From Marsupella aquatica (taxonomy: Eukaryota > Plantae > Marchantiophyta), in the NCBI GenBank assembly GCA_973895155.1, contig OZ316896.1, positions 1,550,001 through 1,614,000 on the forward strand: a DNA stretch of 64,000 nt. The letters run 5' to 3'. A program made the position numbers and the translations under genes. Of this stretch, positions 1 to 13,024 are shown piece after piece. The stretch's first letter is position 1; each line of letters starts with the position of its first letter. A model generated the notes under the pieces. It ran no database searches and was not told the origin of the DNA. It saw only the letters and a list, made by a program, of their open reading frames with translations.

Positions 1-19
1 ACGTGACGAACGAAGGTAC

Positions 20-1052
20 CTCCTGTTCATTCGCCAGGTTAGCCATTTCTCTCGCTATGCCTGGACTGCGTATATGGATGTCAAAGGTCAACAGATGTCG
101 CATTACCACCCTTTGAAAAGCTTTGGCTAGGGCATTTCCCGATGACATGCTTATTTTCTTATGGATCCAAATCGACTTGGCTGCCCTGTTCACCACATGA
201 GTCGGTGCGAGCTGCAACAAAAGCGAATGACTGCTTGAGAGGAGGTGAAAGTCCAACCACATCCAATTGACAACGTAATCACGGAACATTTCAGGGTTTA
301 AGACAATCCCACAAAATCAGGTTTCAGAAAAGCCAACCCCCAAGCCTCTCTGACTCTGTTTGAATCATACTAAAAATTTCATATCCAATTATTTATTCAT
401 AAACTTCTTCACAAAACTTAAACAAAAAGTGACGGGAGACATTCTCTCATACGAGCTTCGTAGAAACAGTGCTATGTTCCCCTGACCGGCCAGGAATGAT
501 AGTCTCCACAGTCATCAGAGGCCTCCCTTTCGAAAGCTCGTCCGCGGCCGTTAGCCCACCATCAGCAGCCATTGCTTCAGTGGCCTGCCAGGCCTGGGCG
601 TCCCCAGTCACCGCCAGAGTACAGAGATCATTACGATAAACCCTCATTATCGGATATATCGTGGAATCCTCAAGCGCCGTCGCCTTCTTATTATCCTGCT
701 CACCCGTCCGCCCTTTCCTGCCATTCTCATCCGTCCCAACCCCAGTCTCAAATTCCGCCTGCCCATCTGCTCGCCCCACCTCCGCCTGAGCTCTAACGTG
801 AAACCCCAACTCCTCCTCTCCACAACCGAGCTGATTGCATCTCCTTATCCGTGACACGCCCAATTTGCAGCCCTTCCCGGACGACAAAGCTCCGCGATTT
901 GTTCTCAAAGCTGCTGGAGCGAGGTCGAGAGAAGCAGAAGCATGATGCGATGAAGGTGATGGGGAAACACCGGTTGTGGATTGGAACGAGACGGAAATAA
1001 GGCAGGGTCGTGGCGTGGTCGCGGCCGCTGCCAGGGCCCCGGCGAGAGCCAT
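20..1052 (-). CDS. Uncharacterised plant protein with probable plastid transit peptide (first two exons; gene continues beyond the window start)
   Basis: Exon1 1052-453 (200 aa, ends STVSTKL|GTATGA). Exon2 211-20 (TTGCAG|LAPTHVV...AKAFQRVVMRHLLTFDIHIRSPGIAREMANLANEQE|GTACCT). Both junctions are phase 0. The N-terminus is Ala/Ser/Arg-rich and acid-poor, like a transit peptide. Confidence 0.75.
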
Positions 1053-1326
1053 AGAGAGGAGAATTGGGAATTGAAGCTCCTCGAGCTCAATCGCTTTGTA
1101 AGAGCATCTCGTCTGCGTGCTCCCTGTCTTTACAGTACCTTACACCCTTCACGTCTATTAGTATGTGTTTAGAATCTAATTAGTGTGAGTCGAAATTAGT
1201 GTTACCATCGTCTCTGTTAAGCCACCACTAGCCATGACACAAAACCTGGTTAGAGTTTCACCATAAATAGTATTTTTTCTTGGATTTGTGGAGCAATATC
1301 GAACCCAGAGAGTAAATCAATCCCTG

Positions 1327-1368
1327 GACCCCATGTTATTCTAGAAAGACCCCATGTTATTCTAGAAA
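1327..1368. repeat. 21-bp tandem duplication
   Basis: GACCCCATGTTATTCTAGAAA x2. Confidence 0.9.
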
Positions 1369-1919
1369 CTGAAGCCTAGATGGACCTCCAAATCTAAAGA
1401 AAAAAAATTTCAAAATTGAAGTCAATGTTTGACACTTGAAATAGTTATCAAATTTACCAATGCAACCATAATTAACATCAAATACAAAACCAGTTTTTAG
1501 AACTAAATCTATCGATGTTAAGTTCATTAAAAAGCTAAATAAATTCTAAAATTCATAATCTCCTTAGTACTCGATAAAATCTGTTAATTTTAGTTTCATT
1601 CTCATGAAAGGGGTCAACATTTCAAGGGTTGTACAACAAAGATTTCTATTCACGTTAGAGATTATGAAATCATGGGTAAAATCTAATTTTCAAATTACTT
1701 ATTCAATTCTTATTGAATGATGACAATGCTGAACTCATTAGGACCGTCTCTTCAAGATCTTTCCAACGCCATATTATACGTGAGTTTTTATTATGATTTG
1801 ACTTAACAATATCAAATTAAAAATTGTTGTCGGGAAGATTTTATGTTTTGAACAAAATCAAAATGGAAATAAATCCGTTACTGGGAGTAGTTTTACCTCA
1901 ATTATTTTGTCTTTTGATT

Positions 1920-2112
1920 TGCATGTCATTTTTTTACATTCTTTTTTACGGCATGGCGTCCCAGTTTTTACAGCAAAGTTACCACAAACACGAATGTAGA
2001 AGTTAATGTTATCCAAAAACAAGTCTCTTCCTGTTTGCGGTGTGCCATGATGAGGTGGCACGTTGTGGAGCCAGGAATTTTGGAAAGGACCTCTAATGGG
2101 GTCCGTAATGAA
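1920..2112 (-). repeat. Dispersed repeat (probable DNA-transposon terminus); inverted copy at ~24712-24900
   Basis: The reverse complement ATTACGGACCCCATTAGAGGTCCTTTCCAAAATTCCTGG...GGGACGCCATGCC matches ATTACGGACCCCACTAGAGGTCCCTTCCAGAATTCCTGG...GGGACGCCATGCC at 24715 onward. Confidence 0.75.
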
Positions 2113-2332
2113 TGACAATAAAGTGATAAAAGGAGAAATCTTGGACACTTCCCCCTTTTATATGGCACATGACAGTTAAGTGTAGACCAAGGTTTACTTG
2201 TCACTCATGGCAAGCTGAGAAACCTTATAGCAAAAAGTTTGTAAGGTGCAAAAAGTTTGTAAGGTCACATTATTATGATGGTTAGGGCGTGTCAAAGAGG
2301 GGCTATAACCAAGATACAACCAAGGATATAAT

Positions 2333-2625
2333 TGTCAGGTATTGCTCTTAGTCTTGTGATTTTTGAGCTAACCACAATTAGGCTAACTCAGGTTAGGACT
2401 TAGCTAAGGTTAATAGTAGTGTTTTTGTGTATATAGCCAGGGCTGGTGCCAGTCCCTGGTGGATCTTCAGTTCATTGTTGGAGTTGGGCAAGAGATAAGT
2501 AAAGGTCTCTTGCTTTCCCGTGGACGTAACCTTGGTCATGAGGTGAACCACGTACTCGCTGTGTGAACTACTTTGTATGGTGTTTTCATGTGCATGGTGT
2601 CTCGGGATAGGGATTATCCCCAACA
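2333..2625 (+). mobile_element. Solo LTR of a copia family related to the 15.5-22 kb element
   Basis: TGTCAGGTATT...CCCAACA termini with a perfect 5-bp TSD ATAAT (2328-2332 / 2626-2630). Shares the motif AGTAAAG.TCTCTTG..TTCCCGTGGACGTA.CCT..GAGGTGAACCACGTA with the full-length element's LTR. Confidence 0.85.
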
Positions 2626-2920
2626 ATAATAATGCTTTTATGATCATGACAAAAATGTTATGGGCTACCTAAGTATGTGCTCTATAGACCTTGCTTATGG
2701 CAGTGCTATAACATGCCCTCTTAAATCTAAGTATGCTCAGATTTGGATGGTTGATTTTGGTTGATTTTTCTAAAGTCTCTTTGCATCATTAGCAAAATAA
2801 GAGCAAATGCGTTGAGACTTGCATAGATAAGAAACACCCTACATACACCCCTGGATAATTGCAAGGAATCATGCTAGTCTCTTTCTATACACCATTTTCC
2901 ATCCTAAAAGGAGTGTTTGC

Positions 2921-3153
2921 AATGTTTGTTCAGATAGTAGGAACTCATGTTCATTGTTACGGAGCAAGTTGAGAGATAAGGAAGACTTGTTTTGTGGAGA
3001 CTCGATATAGCTAATGGGTCTTGAGTACAGTAAACTCTCGTGTGTTTCCATGGTTGTAGCTTCAGTTGAGATGAATCACGTATCTCTCTATGTCAAGTAC
3101 TAGTGTGTTGGATGATCATGAATTGTTATTATGAATGTAATCTTTGCTCAACA
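2921..3153 (+). mobile_element. 5'-truncated LTR fragment of the same copia family
   Basis: Colinear by eye with the reverse complement of LTR 15541-15881 (TCATTGTTA.GGAG...TTGAGAGAT.AGGA...TGTGGAGACT...CACGTATCTC...TGCTCAACA end). Confidence 0.8.
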
Positions 3154-4400
3154 TCATGGGCTAAGGGACCAAATTTAGGGAAATAATGTATAATGGGTGT
3201 GAGGCATGAGGCTCTTCACTAAAGGAGGATAGTTACACAATTATAAACCGTACACTCTTATTAATAACTGCACAATCCTACAACTTTGCACTTATCATGT
3301 AGTGCAAAACCCCCTTTAGTGAACATGGACACTTCTTCCTGGCAGTGTGCACTAGAGAGAGACAACTGTTACTAACAATGATCAACAAAACGGGAATATG
3401 GCGCATCCACACTAGCTCATGCATGCTAGGGGCAAGGATGGGGGCAAGTATTTTCATGCTAAGTCTGGGACACCCACCTTCTTTCCATTGGGCAAAAGTT
3501 TAGGGTATATAGGTACCAGGGTGAAAGTCATGATTAATAGCTTAGACGTAAAATGCGGCTACTTTCATACAAGGCAGGACTGCAAGTAGTAGCATTTCAG
3601 AAAGTTGGGCATCGGAGACAAAATAATGTGTCTACCCAATCTTAGATGAAAAACACTTAGTGATGTTATACACGTCAATTCCTTTGAAGACACACAAAAC
3701 AAAGCAACACATCATGACAACAAACCCAAATCCTTCAATTTTCGTAGCGAAAAATCCTCTATGTCAGTTCAAGGTGGGCTACTTATTCTCGTCCTCCAAT
3801 GGACTGCAATTCAGTTTCTTCCCTCTGTACATGGAGCTAACGGTCCATGTTTGATGGACTACACACATGGTTTGTGAGAAAGTGTTCTTTGTTATCAAGT
3901 GTCCACAGGACTTGAATACGTACTATCTTCAGCACGAAGCTTGAAATTCCAGGATATCTGCAACTTTGTAAGCTAGATGCGTCACGTAAGAATGTCATCA
4001 AGACTGCGTGGTACTCCTTGTCAAATGCAGGTTTCATAGCTTGCGAGGATATGGTGGCCATCTTGCAGTTACAACATTCAGGTAAAACCTCAGAAAGCTT
4101 CACCGGTAGACCCAAAACACTCGAAAACTAGCAGCTCTGCAACTTGGATGGATATAACTCAAACCGTTCCATGGTTCACCTTGAGAGTGCAGCTTATGCA
4201 ACGTTTTCAAGCCAGATTTGAAAGGCCTCCTCTGCAGCCGACGACCATTCGTAGTGAAACCTACAAAGTATGTTGATTGCAAGTCTAGCTTCTCGATGAT
4301 TTCCTTTGCACAATAGACATTATATAAAGAACCAGTGGAAGTATGACGGTTGGTCACCAGCGAGGTTGACGTTAAACCTGGGTATGTCTGATGACATATA

Positions 4401-6544
4401 TCAATTCCAGGGGATATGAAACCATGCACTAACAATTTTGGTAGCATGTGCAACCAGCTTCGGATTCTTTAGCTGAAGAAGTGTGTGCAAGAGAGAGGCA
4501 AACTGTGCTACTGCTGTGAGCACAGTTATGTTCCTCAACCTTTTGAAAAGTTTCACTAGCTCTATTGCAAGAGCCAACATGTGCTCCTCCTCTTTTTCAA
4601 TGCTCCCCATGATATCCTTGTCGCTCTCAGATGCCAGCATGGATAGTTTCTCAAGGGGCTCAGCAGCCTGCAGTCAAAGATTCACCAATGCACAGGAAGG
4701 AAATGATATGATGTTCTGTTCTGTTCATGTTTATGTTTGTGTCTCGTACGATTCAGTTGCATTGTTTACATTTTATCACTAGAGGTTTAATTTGAATATA
4801 GTTTAATAACCGAATGTGATATTAAGAGTTGAGAAAGGGACTTGAATCGGGTGCAAGTGCACAAATATGTAAGGCAGCACAATCATAACCCTACGTTGGA
4901 GTGAAATACCGTCCAACTAACAGCAGTTTAGCTTGTAAAGATAGATTATCTCAAAATTGTAGGAAGCAAAACCTTCAGGGCAAGATAGGTGATGGCAAAC
5001 GAGTCGACAGCAGACAACATCAGGATGAGCCTCCCCCAGCTAGGAGGCCGTGTCTGGAATACTTCCACCAAAGGACCCACGATTCCTCTCACACAAGAGA
5101 AAAACATGCAAGCTGCTGCTGTTTGCTTTAATGTGTCAGCCAGGTCTCTGATCCTAGCTCGCTTCACCTTCTCTACATATCTGAAGACTCCCATCAGCTC
5201 CCTGCTCACCTTGATTGTGTAACCTGACTGCAGAAAATTCCATCGAACACATTTGATGGTTAGGTTATCCACTTCAGGGAATTGCAAGACTCATATTTTT
5301 GCTTGATATTGATATTCATTCGAGCAGGGTCTCTTGGACCAGTCAGGACGATGGTTGATAACCTGCGTCCTGATATATTTCATCTGCTAACAACTGATCA
5401 GTATCTCTTCAAAGTTAGCTTCTGATGGTAAGGGAACTCTAGCACTCGATTCGAGTTTATTGAGCTTTCACCAAGGGATCTTAACTTCTGCAATGACTTG
5501 AACGATAGCACAAGTTGAAGCCATGAATACTTGCCATACAAAGCGATAGGATGAGCAGACATTTCTGTTTCCTGAATTCTATCCGGACTTCGCTCTTGAC
5601 CCCTAGATGGACCTGACTGACACAATGCGAAGGACAAACAAACTAGAAGAGACAAACCTGATCTGGATCGTTTCCCTCTGGTACCTCCACATAAGTACCA
5701 TCCCTGGCGCTAAGGCTGCTGGCTCGGCGGAAGCTACAGGCTCCATGAGGTTGGTCGGGAGATCGATCGCAATATTCAATTTCATCCCCATCATCATCTT
5801 TGCTGCTTCTGATGAGCTTTGACCTTTTGCTGTCTCTCTTTGTGCCTTTCTCGCTACTGCTTCCGCAAAAGTTGGACTTCCTCCTGTCTAGCTCTAACAA
5901 ATGGAATCCCCCTGAGGATCTGCTGGCTGCGCTAATTCTATCATTGAGTCGTTTATGTCCAGCCTGCAGCGAGACTCTTTGAACACCCAAGAGCCTCTGC
6001 TGAGATGCACTGCACGAGGATCTCAGTTTTCCTCTATTTTCAAACCGATGGCGGACACTGTAAAGATCACAAACAGCAAAGTCATATTTAAATGCAAAGG
6101 GAACGTAGATTGACCATAATGTGTTGGAGTTAAGTGAACCTGGATCACATCTGAAGTGAAAATCCATTCGAGTTCCTCACTTGCTTAACTGAACAGATTG
6201 TAAGAATTATCATGACTACAAAGCTCAACTTACTCCATGTCACTAGTCAACAACCTTGACAATCCCAGCTGCATAGTAAATTGTGCCGTGTGTTCCTGGC
6301 CTACAATCGACTCACTCCGCAGTGTAAAGTGGTTAGCCATTTTGTAGGCCATTTACATATTGCTTTAAGGCATAGAAGCTATGTCAATGCTGGACCTCAG
6401 GAGGAGCAGACCCCAACCACACACATCAGTGATTATGCTAGACCGTGGTCTCCACAAAGCAACGACATTTGGGTGAGGCAACCGATTCCCATAAGATTTG
6501 TGGTACTCACGTTGTGAGATAGGCAGGCGAAGAGGGAGAGCCAT
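4401..6544 (-). CDS. Five-exon gene for an uncharacterised ~340-aa protein (possibly organellar membrane protein)
   Basis: Exons 6544-6511, 6300-6234, 6057-5658, 5227-4973, 4667-4401. All introns are GT..AG with compatible phases (1,2,0,0), totalling 1023 nt with no internal stop. Hydrophobic segments lie in the C-terminal half. The 5' exons are the least certain. Confidence 0.65.
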
Positions 6545-8330
6545 GTGGGCATGCAGCAAATGACGCTCCGGTGTAATTTTTCTTCCAAACTCCTAAGGCA
6601 GATTTTGAAGCCTGGAAACTTGACAATCTCAATGAATCACATGTCTTTGACGGAACCTTTTGGGAATTCCAAGTTGGTAAACTCTCAAGAGTGCAAGAGA
6701 TCATCGCTTCTGAAGAGTATGCCAGTCTGTATATTCAATGCAATATTTCAAACAACCACTCGTTCAGACAACGGAGCGGCAAGCAGTGCCGGATGATGCA
6801 TCTCTAAGGTCCAGGATTTGTTCCCATGTTTCTGCACCAATGTACCTTACATGTGTCCAGTCACTCTCTAAGTTGAGGGAATCGTTCTTCACAAGGTTCT
6901 CCAACAGAGCTAGTTTAGATTGCAACTAGGAAAGATTGTTTGATATAACGAGTGGATTGCAAGGGTTGGACTTTTACGAGTGTCCTCGACCTTGTCGTGA
7001 GGTAGACGTGACTGTAACAATTTTTAAGAGCTCAAAAATTGGGCTGCGTTCAAGAGTTAACTTTGTGCAGTTTCAGCGTCAGTTTCATTATCTTCTGTAT
7101 TTTCCTCATCCCTTGTAACTTCTGTTTCAGGAAGACCTTAGAAGCTGCATTCTTGGCTTGCACATTTCCAGATAAAGAATTCAGACCACTCCGTATCCTT
7201 TGGACTAAGTCAGAAGCATCAAGTCTCGAACGGACTTTGGCTCCTACTGCCTTCAAAGATCTCCTTGATCTTTGCAGTTGCAGCCGAGGACTATCAAAGA
7301 ATCGATGTTGAATCATCTCTGATTACGTCTGGACGATTCAAAATTAGGAGTTCGAACAAGGGATCCTATGACTTGCCCGGCCGAATGGTAAACATATTCT
7401 GCTGGATTTTGCCAATGCGATACTAGAAGGCTCTAATTTGGATTGTCGCGAACGCTGTTATTGACGCCCGGATAATTTTGGGGACTAAGCTCTCCCATGC
7501 CATCGACTGTGCTCCAGACCTGGTTAAGAATGTTACGGTGCCCAGGGACGAACGAGTTCAATCTCACCTGTCACCAAGGCTCTACACCAAAATTGTCTGC
7601 CCCGGTGGTCCAGGGACGAGCACCACACTGAGCTGAAATAGAATGGAGTAGTTTTGGAGCAAGGTGCTTAAGTTTGGACCAGAGCGAGAGCAGAGACGTG
7701 ACTGTCAAATTCTGCAGGAATTGTCTTGGATTCATTCAGGCGTGAAAATACAAGAAATTCCCCGCGCGGAAATCCTCCTCAGCGGTGTGTTAACGCCAAT
7801 TGTCCCCGAGATCACATCTTCTCCTGATTGCTGTTCGTCCCACATCTTTCTATGCCTCAATAAGAATGCAGATGAGTTGTTCCAGCGAATTTATCCTGCA
7901 GACACGAAATATGGGTGTGCAAGGACTGCCTAAACGCCACGATTCATCACCAATAGTGAACTCTTAGGTCCCTCGCAGATATGTTCACCGCCATGCCGTA
8001 AACTTTCGTTTCTATATTTTCTCTGCCATTTCGCCACGATTCATCACAAGCTTTGTACCGATGTCTCCCTCCCTCCAGATAATTTCAATGTCATCCCCTC
8101 ATCTTCTTTGCAGGTTCAATGTGGTAGTATGATAGTTAGACGAGAGGCAGTGTCCTTACCGATCTGCCCGGTCTCTAAAGGAAATGCACGTTGTTGGTGG
8201 GGACAAGAGCGATGGACGGAAGGAGAACATTTAGAAGGGACTTGGAGTGAAGAAAATTTGGTAGAAGATTAACGAAAGGTTGCCACATTGATCGCAAAAG
8301 TTGCAACCTTTTGAGAGATGGGAACCGTTA

Positions 8331-8510
8331 CATTACCTTAGCTTGACTGCCACCTTTCTCGGCTGTCTTCCGCTTAGATACCGCGCACTGTAAAGCGTAG
8401 TCAATCGCTTTGCTGCAGTACACTACCTTAGCTTGACTACCACCTTTCTCGGCTGTGTTCCGCTTGAATACCGCAAATTGTAGACTGTAGAGAATCGCTT
8501 TGCTGCAATA
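8331..8510. repeat. 90-bp imperfect tandem duplication
   Basis: CA(T/C)TACCTTAGCTTGACT.CCACCTTTCTCGGCTGT.TTCCGCTT...AATCGCTTTGCTGCA at 8331 and 8421. Confidence 0.9.
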
Positions 8511-9670
8511 CCTTTGACTTTAAGCGACAGACGGTGACACTGGAGCCGCTACTCAACAGAACAACGGATTCTCAAACAAGGTTCCTGTGTCCATAATTAC
8601 CAAACCAATATGCCCAAATTCCGGAAGCAGATCTCGTTTCCCCGAAAAGTCCGATAGCTGCAATTGAATTCGCCAACTACGACATAATCGGACATTCCGG
8701 ACAAAATGTAACCAAGAATCCACTGACCTAGAATTCGTACTCCTCCTGCCAACTACATCGGAATCCACATGTCTGAGAACTCCAAGAGCCAACATCAGCT
8801 ACGTATTCGCTTGGATGCAATGCAATGCGATGCAATTCAGCGGCAGCGGCTTTCCAATTATTTATCGCTACAGTAGTAATCTTAGGGTCTGTCTTCAATA
8901 AATTCTCAAGGATAATATCGGATTTACATGAGGGAACACCTGTCAAGTGTCCTTCGGCGCTATTGAATCCAACAGAACCCAACCTGCAAATTTGATCGTG
9001 GCTTTATTCATTTCAAATCCTCTTACTGTACCTGGCTAAAGTCAGCAACACGCAAAAACTTGGCAACAAAATAGTAAGGTACACGATACAACGCAAATCG
9101 ACGTAACCCGGCTATGGTTGGAGGACCTGATCCAGCACTCAAGATTGACTTCATGTCTGTAAACATTGCCAACAAATAGGAAATAAATGCTGTGTTGTGT
9201 CCTAAATCATTTTGATAACAGTAACAGTATTTACATCAATTTCAATTCCTTGCTCAACTTCGATCCACTTGAGTGCAACACTGACAGAATCCTGAATCCA
9301 TCATGAATACTGTACTCATCACTGCCAAGCTTGAGAAATCAGGACAACTCGTCTTCACTCCAACTACACACCCTAATGTACACGAATACCTATGTGACTT
9401 GGAAATGGGGAATGCGACTTTGTCATTGTCGCTACTTCTGGGCTTCCATGGATAATGCATGGTCCCCATAACGCCAAGATGGGTCGATTTGTACAAATGT
9501 CGTTCAGTTACAGTACAAGCAAGGATTCCTGCAGCAAGCCGCGGCTAGTCTTTCACCTTTGAATAGACAATCAGCTTCGATGCCGTTTCAAAGCCTTACA
9601 CCTTAAACATTCGAGAGGCCGACTACCATTCACCTATCGGAAGCACGATTTTTAATGGTGGAAGAAGTTA

Positions 9671-12600
9671 TCATCCTAATTCCACAGCCAACTTGGAGAA
9701 CTCTTTCTCCAATTCTCTTTCCTCTTCTGACTCGATAGGTAGAGGAGATTGAGGGTTCTGAGTATCCTGTGCCGGCACCGGAACCTTTGGGACATCTGGC
9801 AGCGTCTCCTCAGAGTCCAGCTCTTCCTCTAGCAATGCAAGCTCAGCATCAAGGGCTCCATCATCATCTAATTCACCGGTAGAAAGGGGAGCCCCAGCTG
9901 CATATGCGATATCACTAAGATGTCAGTTTACTATCCCCATTTCATGAAAAAGTTGAGGGGGTGGGCATTGTGTGGGCATTGTGTGGGCATTATTTTATTA
10001 GTCCAATTCCTTTGCACACGATAAAAACTCTATTGATTTAACAGATTAAAGAGTCAATTCCACCTCTGTACAATTGGCAGTCAAAGTCTTCGGAAGAAGA
10101 GCAAGGTGAAGGTAGTTTGTGAAGAAAGGCCACATACCAAGGGCCTCTTCGGTTTCTCTCTGGAGAGTGATGGCTTCGTCAAGTTCACTTAAAGTGTGTT
10201 GCACTTCTTCTAAGCTCACATGGTTCTCCTTCATTGCAGTAGTACCCACTTGGATTGCATCCGAAACCTGCATTACATGGAACATATACATATTCTAAGA
10301 CCCCTGCTGCTTGCATGAAAAGGTTGTTCTTCCGAAACAAGAAACTTAGCCTAGATAACCCTGCGACTCACGGGAAAAACAAGCAAGCTCCGCTTCACCA
10401 TACACAGACAATTACAACGTGAAGGCACCCACCCTGTTGAACGACCTACATCACGGTATCGATAATTTGCTAAAGCCAAACCAAGCAGAATATCTTGCCT
10501 CACTACCCCTCCTCTCTTTCAGCGTGGCGGTGAGACTAAGACGATTACTGGTCTTTTCGCTTTCATAATTACCGCGTTGTGGTCGTGAAATCTAACCTTT
10601 TTGGTTGTCTCAGCATCAGCGATAAGGCTAAGAACGTGATCAATCTTGTCCATCGAGCCAGCACACTGGTCCCGACTAAGTTGAAGCAGTTTCATGCTAC
10701 GGACATATCTCAGAGCCTCCCTCTTGAAGCCAGCCTTCGATGATTTTATCACACAGCTTCTAGCCCTGTTCAGCAGAAACGAAAATTCCAAGAGCTCGGC
10801 GTCATTTTTTACAACTTCAAAACTGCTCACTCATACAATACAATCGTGTTTGGAATCTATACATAGATCAATATTGTAATGTCCTAAGTACTCTGAATGC
10901 TCACATGGAGATCCTCCCATCAAGGGTGCTCAACCGGAGCTGCAGCATCTCCATTGTCCAATGAAGCTGTAATATGTGGCAATCATTTTCTGACACAGGT
11001 GTGACAGGTTTCTCGTTCACAGATATTTTGAAGCCCTGCCAAATGCACCCAACTGCAGATGTACCATTCAAATAGGAATGAGCAAGCAGAAGGACTCAAA
11101 AATTTGTGGATTGCGCCATGATTACAACACCAGTACTCACGACCACGAGATTAAAGTTTCCTTTAAGGTTTAAAAGAAGTTTAGGAGCTATCCATTGAAA
11201 CAGGAAGTGCCAAGTATCAAGGTGCAGGTTTCTCCAGGAGCAGGTTTCTCAGTCTTAAGACGTGGGTACCTAAACAGGTCAGTAAAAGTGGCCTCAGGAC
11301 CCCAAGAAAAGTAGATTGACACCAAACACCACATGAGAAACAGACTGACCATTCTAGACAATCAGTAACCAATCTCCAAATCAGTAAAGAAACTAAAAGA
11401 TTACCTCAATTTGGTCACCACCTGCCACACGGACATAGCGTGCTTTGTTTTGACGGAGAAGACGTCCTATAACCAGTTCAGCTTCCTCAGAGCCCCCACA
11501 AAGCTCTTTGATCTTTGCCAAGGTTGCTATCCACTCAGATGAGTAGTGGGCCTCAGCCAGAGTCTTGAGAAAACGCGAAATCCTCTCCTGCAGAACATTT
11601 GCAGTCTATTCTCTTTATGAACAGGTTGAGCGAATGTATGACTCCTTTTAGTCTGGAGTTTCAAAGGGTCAAAGTGCCCCAAGAATTGAGTTGTCGAGTA
11701 TAAACTATAGAACAAGCTGGAATTAAATTTCATTCAACGTGCCTCCACCTTGATTGCAATCTACAGTAAATGGTCAACCAGTTTAAGTGAAAGCGAGTAA
11801 ACCAAGTCACACAGCTACTATAATCATTAAAAAAATACTGCTGAATGGCACACATGAACCTAGGTATTAACTACACACACCGAAGACAACACACGATTCC
11901 AGAAAAGGAGAATTGCATTGCCACAAACCTGGAGAATGGGCATCACAACGAGGCGCTCTTCCACGGGCAATTCGGTCTCAGCATAGCCAATACCTGCCCA
12001 GGAAATAGTTTTCTTCAGGATGGCCCCTAACCATTGGAACGTAGAAGGCAGACCGCCCAGGACCTGATCCTCAGTGTTCAGCTCGCCGGACTTCTTCATT
12101 TCGACCTGCATCACATCAAAATAATCCCATTTCAAGTCTTTTAAGACTTTGCCACTTGAACATGCAATTTAAAGGAGCAATAGCGTTTTTGATCCGATCC
12201 TGTCAATGAAGACTTCCCATGGGGCCGGTGCCGGAAAGGAATATGCCTGGCAGGTAGGGGAAATATGGACGGGAGTAATTACCAAAACGTGCTCAAGGCC
12301 CATTGGAACCACTCCATCCCGCAGAAACCATTTTTGCTGCACCTGCACCAGATTGGGAGCGATGTCGAAATGTGCATCAGTATTAGAATTAGAAGCCAGC
12401 CAAATTTTCCTCTCATGTCCTTCTCAGAGACGGTTGTTAAGTCTATGATGAAAAGCTTGTGAGTGAATTTGCTTCCCAAGGCAACTTTAGGTTCGTGAGA
12501 AAGTGTCTGGATTCTACGTTGAATAACGAACAAGCGTCTCCTTGCTGCTCAACTTCCGGTACATGAGAAAAGTTACGCAGCCGGAAAAGACCTCGGCCAT

Positions 12601-13024
12601 GCTGGAAAAAGGTACAGGACAATTTCTGCCTTCCGGCCATCAGCTACAGGGTATGAGAGTCGCTCCAAATTTTGGCCCCGAACCAGACAGAATTTCGTGG
12701 AGGCGTGACAAAATGGGATTCATAAGTCTCCGTCAGAACATAGTCGAATTAAGAAAAAGCTTGTGCCTGTGTGAATATCAGAATTAGGGTTGGGAGAGGC
12801 CAGCCAATCGAGGAAGCAAAGAGACCTACCAAATGGGTGTCGATGACGACGTGGTCTAGATGCCGAGCAACTTTGATTATCAAATCCGCCCAGAAGTTCA
12901 GCTTTTCTTCCCAGTCTTGCTTCTGTCCGCTGAAGGCCTTGAATCGCGCCCTGGTAAAGTCATCATCCTTCCAATCCGGTACTTCCTTCTCCAGAAAATC
13001 ACGCAGGACGTTCTCCTCTCCCAT
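9671..13024 (-). CDS. CHMP7: Charged multivesicular body protein 7 (ESCRT-II/III hybrid: N-terminal winged-helix region plus Snf7 domain), ~423 aa
   Basis: Eight exons: 13024-12830, 12342-12283, 12105-11929, 11587-11405, 11035-10905, 10765-10597, 10267-10138, 9897-9671 (1272 nt, phases consistent). N-terminal EVPDW..ARFKAFSGQ..DW..K..FW.DLI is characteristic of plant CHMP7. Snf7 helices (KREALRYVRSMK; DAETTKKVSDAIQVG) and an acidic C-tail with LPDVP and ELEKEFSKL MIM-like motifs follow. Confidence 0.93.

Noticed and set aside
2199-2651. Larger TGTCA...TGACA-bounded LTR candidate
   Set aside because: No TSD at these ends; the inner 2333-2625 boundaries have a perfect TSD.
4401-4560. Resemblance of the orphan C-terminus to a TFIIS N-terminal (LW) domain
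   Set aside because: Only a vague helical pattern ending in W; the conserved IGxxV motif is absent.
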